Below, piece by piece: positions 1 through 9,314 of a stretch of DNA of 64,000 nucleotides. How positions within the stretch are numbered: the first letter of the stretch is position 1; each line of letters opens with the position of its first letter. This stretch comes from Octopus vulgaris (lineage: Eukaryota). The position numbers were made by a program, and so were the translations under genes. The stretch covers positions 41,168,001-41,232,000 of the forward strand of contig OX597819.1 in assembly GCA_951406725.2 (NCBI GenBank), written 5' to 3'. The notes under the pieces were generated by a model. It ran no database searches and was not told where the DNA came from. It worked only from the letters and a program-made list of their open reading frames with translations.

Positions 1-1054
1 CTTCTCCTTGCACTGTTCCCTTCTCTCTTCCCTTCATTTTCTCCTTGCACTGTTCCCTTCTCTCTTCCCTTCATTTTCTCCTTGCACTGTTCCCTTCTCT
101 CTTCCCTTCATCTTCTCCTTGCACTGTTCCCTTCTCTCTTCCCTTCATTTTCTCCTTGCACTGTTCCCTTCTCTCTTCCCTTCATTTTCTCCTTGCACTG
201 TTCCCTTCTCTCTTCCCTTCATCTTCTCCTTGCACTGTTCCCTTCTCTCTTCCCTTCATTTTCTCCTTGCACTGTTCCCTTCTCTCTTCCCTTCATTTTC
301 TCCTTGCTCTGTTCCCTTCTCGCTTCCCTTCATTTTCTCCTTGCACTGTTCCCTTCTCTCTTCCCTTCATCTTCTCCTTGCACTGTTCCCTTCTCTCTTC
401 CCTTCATTTTCTCCTTGCACTGTTCCCTTCTCTCTTCCCTTAATTTTCTCCTTGCATTGTTCCCTTCTCTCTTCCCTTCATTTTCTCCTTGCACTGTTCC
501 CTTCTCTCTTCCCTTCATTTTCTCCTTGCACTGTTCCCTTCTCTCTTCCCTTCATCTTCTCCTTGCACTGTTCCCTTCTCTCTTCCCTTCATTTTCTCCT
601 TGCACTGTTCCCTTCTCTCTTCCCTTCATTTTCTCCTTGCACTGTTCCCTTCTCTCTTCCCTTCATCTTCTCCTTGCACTGTTCCCTTCTCTCTTCCCTT
701 CATCTTCTCCTTGCACTGTTCCCTTCTCTCTTCCATTCATTTTCTCCTTGCACTGTTCCCTTCCTTCATCTTCTCCTTGCACTGTTCCCTTCTCTCTTCC
801 CTTCATCTTCTCCTTGCACTGTTCCCTTCTCTCTTCCCTTCATTTTCTCCTTGCACTGTTCCCTTCTCTCTTCCCTTCATTTTCTCCTTGCACTGTTCCC
901 TTCTCTCTTCCCTTCATTTTCTCCTTGCACTGTTATCTTCTCTCTTCCCTTCATTTTCTCCTAGCACTGTTCCCTTCTCTCTTCCCTTCATTTTCTCCTA
1001 GCACTGTTCCCTTCTCTCTTCCCTTCATTTTCTCCTTGCACTGTTCCCTTCTCT
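1..1054. repeat. 37-bp pyrimidine-rich minisatellite, about 28 copies
   Basis: Unit CTTGCACTGTTCCCTTCTCTCTTCCCTTCATTTTCTC; near-identical copies with one shortened unit near 760. Confidence 0.97.
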
Positions 1055-1304
1055 TTCTACTTTCTCCCCATCTGACCATGTATTGTTTTAACTTTGACTT
1101 TCTTTCGCACGCTGTCAAACTTTCCCACCCAGGTATTTTACAGATTATCTATACATACATATTTCCATGTTCTTTGACCACTTAACGTTTATCAAGTATT
1201 GTAACTTTGTATAGGAGCACGACCAGTTTTTACAGCTTTGCATTTCATTTTTGTTTTGTCCTTCAAAATAGTCGTGGTTATTATTATCATTTATTTATTG
1301 TTAA

Positions 1305-1523
1305 GGCGGCGCGCTGGCAGAGTCGTTAGCACGCAGGGCAAAATGCTTTGTGACATTTCGTCCGTCTGCGCGATCTAAGTTCAAATTCCGCCGAGGTCGA
1401 CTTTGCCTTTCATCCTTTCGGAGTCGATAAATTAAGTACCAGTGAAACATTTGAGTCGATGTCATCGACTCATACCGTCCCCCAAAATTTCAGGCTTTGT
1501 GCCTTTAGTAGAAAGGGTTATTA

Positions 1524-1606
<83 letters not shown>

Positions 1607-1832
1607 GCAGCAGCAGCAGCATTATTATTTGGTAAAGCAGCGATCTGGTAGAATCGTAAGCACGCCGGACAAAATGATTAGCGGCATTTCCTTAATCTTT
1701 CCATTCTGAGTTCAAATTTCGCCGAGGCCGACTTTGCCTTTCGGGCTCGGGGTGAGGGTGGGCGGGGGGTCGATGTAATCTACTAGTTCCCTCCCCCAGA
1801 ATTTCAGGCCCTGTGCTTTTAGTAAAAAGGAT
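1305..1832 (+). mobile_element. Two tRNA-derived SINE family A copies separated by (TTA)n
   Basis: GGCGGCG.GCTGGCAGA head, GTTCAAATTCC B-box and a GCCTTTCATCCTTTCGG.GTCGATAAATTAAGTACCAG central domain shared with many copies in the window. Confidence 0.85.
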
Positions 1833-2103
1833 TAGGATCTTTGTGGTTATCGTCACGGCATGTTGAAATCTTAAAAAAAAAATGCTTATTATGCTAACAG
1901 AATTTCACGGTGATGTGTAAAATACTCGCTTCTGGTTGGCTAAAATACCCAAATTTTGTATGTATGTATGTATGTATGTATGCATGCATCATTATATATG
2001 CAAATTCTAATTTTGGCAGGTACAGTGAAGTCTATATTTCGCTTAGAAAGTCCAATAACATTGAAACATGTCTGGAGTTATCTCCCTTAGATTATTACTT
2101 ATA

Positions 2104-2866
2104 TTCTTTTCTACTAAAGGCCCGAAATTTTTTTTGGGGGGGTGGGGGCGTCGATAAGATCGACCCCTGTACGCAATTGGTACTTAATTTATCGACCCCG
2201 AAAGGATGAAAAGCATAGTCGACCTCGGCGGAATTTGAACTCAGAACGTAGCGGCAGACGAAATACACATTTCTTTACTACACACAAGGGGCTAAACATA
2301 GAGAGGACAAACAAGGAAAGACAAACGGATTAAGTCGATTATATCGACCCCAGTGCGTAACTGGTACTTATTTAATCGATCCCGAAAGGATGAAAGGCAT
2401 AGTCGACCTCGGCGGAATTTGAACTCAGAACGTAGCGGCAGACGAAATACCTATTTCTTTACTACCCACAAGGGGCTAAACACAGAGAGGACAAACAAGG
2501 ACAGACAAACGGATTAAGTCGATTATATCGACCCCAGTGCGTAACTGGTACTTATTTAATCGATCTTGAAAGGATGAAAGGCAAAGTCGACCTCAGCGGA
2601 ATTTGAACTCAGAACGTAGCAGCAGACGAAATACCTATTTCTTTACTACACACAAGGGGCTAAACATAGAGAGGACAAACAAGGAAAGACAAACGGATTA
2701 AGTCGATTATATTGACCCCAGTGTGTAACTGGTACTTATTTAATCGACCCCGAAAGGATGAAAGGCAAAGTCGACCTCGGCGGAATTTGAACTCAGAACG
2801 CAACGGCAGACGAAATACGGCTACGCATTTCGCCCGGCGTGCTAACGTTTCTGTCGGCTCGCCGTC
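2104..2866 (-). mobile_element. SINE family A concatemer: one head, three 184-bp units and a final body with a different tail
   Basis: 184-bp period (TTCTTTACT at 2271, 2455, 2639); flanked by AGATTATTACT at 2089-2099 and 2870-2880. Confidence 0.88.
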
Positions 2867-3933
2867 TTGAGATTATTACTAATATTGGAGCAACTTCGGA
2901 GAGGTTTGCAAATTGACTCGAAGTAAGATACACATTTACTATGAATTGTAGAACAAGTTTGTGTGTCAGCATAAGCTGGTGGTCGTGTTTAGGCTTCGGA
3001 ATGGATCGAAGTCCTTGAATATAGGCGTAAAAAAAAAGGAGAATTCTCAAGCGTATTTGTTCTTGTCTGTTCTTGTTTTAAAACAAAAAGAACAAAATAA
3101 ATAAGTATTGGTTGGCAAGGAGAAGGATTGTCTAACTTATATTACAAAGCATAAAAGGAGTTGTAAATAAGGAAAACAGAAACGAATTATTTTTGTAACT
3201 ACGTTTTGAACTGGAAGTCAAAATTATGAGAGCATGAAAAAGTAACCTCTATATCTTTTTTCATTGACACACTAAACGGTGGGAAATTGCAACGAATTAT
3301 TCACGCAAACACCCACCTGAGTATATATATATAGACTGACGTTCACAGACAACGCATGTTTACGTATGTGTGTGTGTGTGTGTGTGTGTGTGCATGAAAG
3401 TGTTTCTGTGTTTGTGTGTTGGCGTGTATGTCCGTGTGTGTGTGTGTGCTTGCATATGTGTGTATTTCAGTATCACTTATTTCTTTCAGTCATTAAATTG
3501 CGGCCATACTGGAACACAGCCTTGAAAATTTTTAGTCGAACGAACCGGGTCGCAGTACTTAATTAGGATCTAGTTTTTTTTTTTCATTTGCAAAATACGC
3601 ATTTTTTTTAAAGAGAGTAAAAAAAAAAATCTGAAGATCGGCTATAATAATAAAGTTTTCCAATCTAATTGCTATGAAAGTATGTTGTGGAGACGAAAAT
3701 TGGAGGAAAAAAGTTACGGAAGTTTAAAAATCGAAAAAAACTGTGAATTTATAGAGACAGAAAATTTCTGCTTTTAGCGGAGCAGTGTCAACTTAAAGAT
3801 TGTACCCTGTCAAATTTATAGTTTAGCGTCTGTGGAATGACCTTTTCATTGTAGGCTTCTAAATAAACAGAAATACCTAATAAAATCAACATGTATCATC
3901 TTACTGTTTCTTTTGTCTCTTTATTGATTATAT

Positions 3934-4046
3934 CAGTGTTTTTCAACCAGGGTTCCGCGGAACCTTAGGGTTCCGCAAGAACTTACAAAACTGCTAAAAT
4001 CGGCAGTAATTTTTAATTCTCCTGTGCAGATTTGTGTGCATAAGAC

Positions 4047-4103
<57 letters not shown>

Positions 4104-4286
4104 GGAATAAACACATAAATGTGAAACAAGGTGGAAAAAAAGAGTACTCAAATACTAGAGGTAGAGTAATATACTTTATTTAAAGCAGCAGAAAATTCAA
4201 CAAAATCTGTTACTCTGAGTTTCTCGTTGCCGTTCATCAGATAGTTTTTGTTAGATTTTGTTGAATTTTCTGCTGCTTTAAATAAA

Positions 4287-4350
<64 letters not shown>

Positions 4351-4740
4351 TCATACACACACACACATACACACGACGGGCTTCTATGAGTTTCCGTCTA
4401 TCAAATCCCCTCTCAACGCTTCGGTCGGTCCGTGGCTATAGTAGAAGACACTTCCTCAAGGTGCCACGCAGTGGGACTGAACCCATGTGGTTGGGGAAGC
4501 TGCAATCTTACCATCCAGCCATCATACCTGCGCCTGTGGTTTATTTTATTCTAAATCTTTTATCCATGCAACAGCTGGATAAATTTGGCTGCTATCAATA
4601 GCAGATGAAGCTACTGCGTAAACGCTCCCAATCCGTCTCGAATGTACGGATGTACGGGGTTGATTATTGCACAGGGGTTCCTCGAGCCGATGGAATGTTT
4701 CCTTGGGGTTCCGCTCCAGCAAAAAGTTTGAAAATCACTG
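3934..4740. mobile_element. hAT-like MITE with nested insertions
   Basis: CAGTG..TTCAA terminal inverted repeats and an 8-bp TSD GATTATAT; uninterrupted sister copy at 63195-63391. Confidence 0.88.
4207..4244 (-). ncRNA. Minimal type-I hammerhead ribozyme motif
   Basis: Minus strand reads ctat-CTGATGA-acg gcaa cga-GAAA-ctcagag-TA-acag; stems I and II have one mismatch each. Confidence 0.6.
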
Positions 4741-6355
4741 GATTATATGCTTTTATTATTTTTTGAATTTGTAATATTAATATATTTGTCTGCAGGTTTT
4801 TACTTTATGCGTATTTCAGTATTATGATTACCTGTCATGTATTTGTGTGCCTCATTAGAATATGTGCGCGCATGTGTGTGAAAAAGGGGCGTCTGTCTCC
4901 AAAACATCAAAGTTGAAAAGTGTTTTCATGCCTGGATTTGAAAACTACGATAAAGGTAACACTTGTCAACAAAGAATTTTTTCCAAAGGAAAAGAATACC
5001 TGTAACTTTTTTGCATGCAGGATTCAAAAATGTCAAATTATCTGTGTAAAAACTAGCACTTCTTTTTTCCGAGCTGAGGTTCGAAACCGAATCTAAGGAT
5101 TCTTGTTCGTCTGATCCACCACAGGCCAAACAGGCACGAAAGAAATTTCTTTGTCCTGTCAAAAAATGATGGATAGTTTCCCTTCGATCTCAGCCGTGTC
5201 ATTTAAGATTCAAGTGGACAGGAAGCGACCCACATAGGTAGGAATTACTCCTGTGGTATGTCTGTCTTTCTAGCTGTCACGACCATTATAAATACAGCAA
5301 TCCGTCAAAGGAAGACAGACAGAGACAGACGGAGAGAGATATATATATAGCCACGAGAAAGCCAGCAAGTAACTTCGCCAGTTAAACAGGTAACACAGAT
5401 TCCGATATTCAACAGGAATGACAGTAGCAGTCGCAGGACATAAACAGACACCACCGAATGACCAACGCACACACAGACACAAAACATGTCCGGTTCTACC
5501 CAATCATATCAACACAGTATTTACCATATTAATTTCTTCTCGACCAGCTCAAGGCAGTTGGTAATGTGATGTAGTTTAATATTTGGTGTATACAACAAGC
5601 AAATGCAAGTGTCGTTTAAATAAATTATTTAAACTACAATCCGATGTTTTCGTGCTGTTTTACTTTGACGTCATCCACATGCCTATTTCATCTGCTCACT
5701 CAACATCTTTTGCTACACCCTTTTCCATTATATCTGTATCACCCACAGTTTCTCTGTTCCACAATATCCCTCTCAGTTCCAGTTACATAGGCTAAATTTC
5801 AGTTAAACAACTGAAATGTGAAGCTAACAGTTTAAGAAATACTCCTAATTTTTAATTTTTATGAATAGAATTAACCTAGTGAAATCATAAATCCAGCTAT
5901 CAGAGTCAATGAGTCCCAAAAATATATCAAATGAAAAATATGTAAAAATACTAACAGATAGAAAAAAGCACAAAAAGTACTAACACACAGAAGCACAGAA
6001 AAATATGTAATATACTAACACAGAAAAATTAAAACAAAACACGCGGGTGAAAAGAATCTCGTGGTGTGAAGAATCAAGTGTGAAAAACCAACATAGAACA
6101 ACGTACGGTACAGATAGTGAACCACAGCACAGCGTGCTAATGCCACGTTGTCTGTTGATTGGCTAAAATTACCCAAATTTCCCAACTTTAATTCCAAATG
6201 ATATCAGATTCATTAATTTCCGAGGCAAAGTCTGATAATTTACGAGATAAAAGTTTGATTACGAGATAAGGGTTGATCGTAATCAAAATTCCAAGTGTTG
6301 CATCGATACACCAAAATTAAAGATAGTTCATTTTGCGAATGGAAAAGACTAGATC

Positions 6356-6428
<73 letters not shown>

Positions 6429-7760
6429 TTAAAGCCTGGAATTTATTCTATTTAACCCTTTTGCTGAACCGCTAAGTTACAAGGATAACATACATCAATA
6501 TCAACACCGATTGTCAAGTGGTGGTGAGAGACAAACACACACACACATACGTGTCAAAAAGTAATTTTGATCTCCAATAATTGCAATTATTAAACTCTAA
6601 TAGAATGTTCGCTTAACCTTTTAATTTCTTTTAATCGTGGTGATTTTAGGTTTTAATCTTTTTCCAGATAGATTATATATTTTGACTAAGCTAGTCTCGC
6701 TGGTAAAGGTAACACTTGTGCTACCAACTTGGTAATAAAGGTTCGTGATTTGTCTTCATGTTGGTTGTAATTAAACCGATTGGTTTGCTTAATAAACACT
6801 TACATACTGTCCTTTTTCGTTTTATTTATTGCGTCTTAGTAGTAAATAATACATAAACGTTCTCAGCAACAATTTGTCTGTTTCTTTTACTCATTAGTGT
6901 TTGTTACGCTGCACTAGTCTAATGTTTTTCCTTTTAAATTTCAGTTATTGTAAAATGAGCGTTTTTCTTTATAAAAGTAGAGGTTATGTTAGGACACAGA
7001 ATACTGCATTATTCACCTCCAGAGGATCCTCCATATGGACTGCTGATGCATAAAAACACTCGAAATTCTGCCGTTGACAGACAAGAAGCGACTGCTGTGG
7101 CTGCCGGAACTGCCAGATCACGTGATTTCACCCTGCTATGGGTTCCTCAGTGGCAGATGTCCAGCAGTGCAGTAACAGCTGAATCTCCCGTCAATAATAT
7201 ATACAATCTCAGAGTCTCCACTAAAAGTAATTCTTTGATTTAATGTTAAATTGTTTTTATATGTAACTTGACATAAAATCAAACATAAATTAATGTGTTA
7301 ACATTATAAAGCCACACTGTGAACTGAATAGAAATGTAAATACATTCTTTCTATATTGTAGATGTACGAACTGCTGTGGTGGATAGCCTAATTTGCATAT
7401 CTGCTTTTGGCGGTTTATTATTAATTTCACAACATCCATTTATGCAAAATGCCGCCTTAATCAAAACTGAAATAAATTCAAATTTATTCAAAGGCACAAA
7501 TATGCAAATTTGCCTATTCACCACAGTGCTAGACTATTTCATGACTATAAGTAGCTGATTTATGCTATACATTAAGGAAGGAGACTGGATAACTTTTCCG
7601 AGAAGTGATCAACCAACCGTTAAATTGTCCGTCAGGCGACTTCTGTTTTCATAAATTCAGTAATATAGAATGAATAAATCTACATTTTTATTCAGTCCAC
7701 AATAAGGCTTTTTAATATCTGAATTTATTTCAGTTCTTCCGAGTTACGCTATGTTAGGCT

Positions 7761-7819
<59 letters not shown>

Positions 7820-8040
7820 GGGAGTATAACTCCAGACTTACAGGGAAAATTCAATTTAGTATTAAATCAAATTTCACAATATAAATATATAATATATGAA
7901 TTAGAGAAAAATCACTATTATGCAATTTATACAATGATAGACATAAACCTAATCATAAATAAAAAAAATATTTTTTTAAACATATAACTAGATTACAAAC
8001 AGTATAAAAATGAATAATCAATATATAATAAGTAAAAAAA

Positions 8041-8122
8041 AACTACGTACTTTTCATGGCTATAATTAAATTAGATTAATCGAAAATCAATTCAATTTAA
8101 AATTATAGTCACTCTTCAGGTT
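8041..8122 (-). ncRNA. Hammerhead motif, left arm of the fold-back
   Basis: aac-CTGAAGA-gtgactataatt...aattatagccat-GAAA-agtacg-TA-gtt on the minus strand. Confidence 0.5.
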
Positions 8123-8139
8123 AACAATAATAGTTAAAT

Positions 8140-8398
8140 TAGTTAGTTAGTTAGTTAATTTGGCTCAAAAGCAAATAGCAAGGCCATGTAGGGGGACATG
8201 GCGTTAAGTACAGGGTGGTGTTCATGTAAAGAGTTCAGGCCACTTGAGGTCAAGGGAGGCTTTGAACAAAGCGGTCGTCGGCATCTTCACCATCTCGTCT
8301 GGCAGCTTGTTCCACGGATCCGCAACCCGGACGGAGAAAGCTCCTCTCCTTCGATTGAGATGAAATCGTCGCAGGTAGAGCTTTTCGGAATGACCCCG
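8140..8398 (-). mobile_element. LINE 3' fragment (CR1/L2-like) inserted in the left arm
   Basis: GC-richer block absent from the right arm; ends in a (TAAC)n tail on the minus strand. Confidence 0.6.
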
Positions 8399-8787
8399 TA
8401 AATAAGCAAATAGATTTAAACAATATTTATTGAAAAAATAAATAATGATTTTTCTTATAGAAGAAACTCTATTAACTAAATTTAAAACATTAGGACCAGT
8501 TGCCTACTATACATTTATTATGTTAAATATTTAAGGTAAATAGATAGAAAATGTATTTTTTTATTAAGCTAATTTATATCTTCACAGATAGATACATTTT
8601 TCTATCTATTTACTCAATTCTTTACCTTAAATATTTAACATAATAAATGTATAGGAGGCAACTGGTCCTAATGTTTTAAGTTTCAAATTTAGTTAATAGA
8701 GTTTCTTCTATAAGAAAAATCATTATTTTATTATTTGAAATAAATATTGTATAAATCTGTTTGCTTATTTATTTAACTATTATTGTT

Positions 8788-8887
8788 AACCTGAAGAGTG
8801 ACTATAATTTTAAATTGAATTGATCTTCGATTAAATTCAATTTAATTGTAATTCTAATTTAATTATAACCATGAAACGTACGTAGTT
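8788..8887 (+). ncRNA. Hammerhead motif, right arm of the fold-back
   Basis: aac-CTGAAGA(8791)-long AU stem II-GAAA(8873)-cgtacg-TA-gtt; palindromic stem III and GUA triplet. Confidence 0.6.
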
Positions 8888-9242
8888 TTTTTATTTATTA
8901 TGTATTGATTGTTCATATTTATATTTTTTGTGATCTAGTTATATGTTTAAAAAAATATATTTTTTATTTATGATTAGGTTTATGTCTATCATTGTATATG
9001 AATTGCATAATAGTGGTTTTTCTCTAATTTATATATATATATATAATATTCGTAACCATATTAACATGTCTGTCCGTTCAAGTGGTCTCTAATGCGATTT
9101 TTTAACCTCAAGAGGACATCTCCTCTAGCTGGTTAAAATTGCGATGGGACCAGGGGCTACGAATATTATTTGTCAGTACAACTACTGCGTTGATCTCTAA
9201 GAGAGATTTTAGAACTAGCATTTTTGCTTGCTCTCTCTCTCT

Positions 9243-9314
<72 letters not shown>

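Larger units (their letters stand above)
7818..9045. mobile_element. Asymmetric fold-back element (Penelope-like inverted pLTR architecture)
   Basis: Arms at about 7899-8556 and 8592-9029 are reverse complements, with an unpaired leader at 7818-7880; the same leader and arm start recur at 46389. Confidence 0.65.

Noticed and set aside
8-1185. Long ORFs up to 367 aa
   Set aside because: Translations of the 37-bp minisatellite; no ATG start or domain
4926-5162. 78-aa minus ORF with CxxC
   Set aside because: TTG start, upstream in-frame stop, no recognisable domain or splice partners
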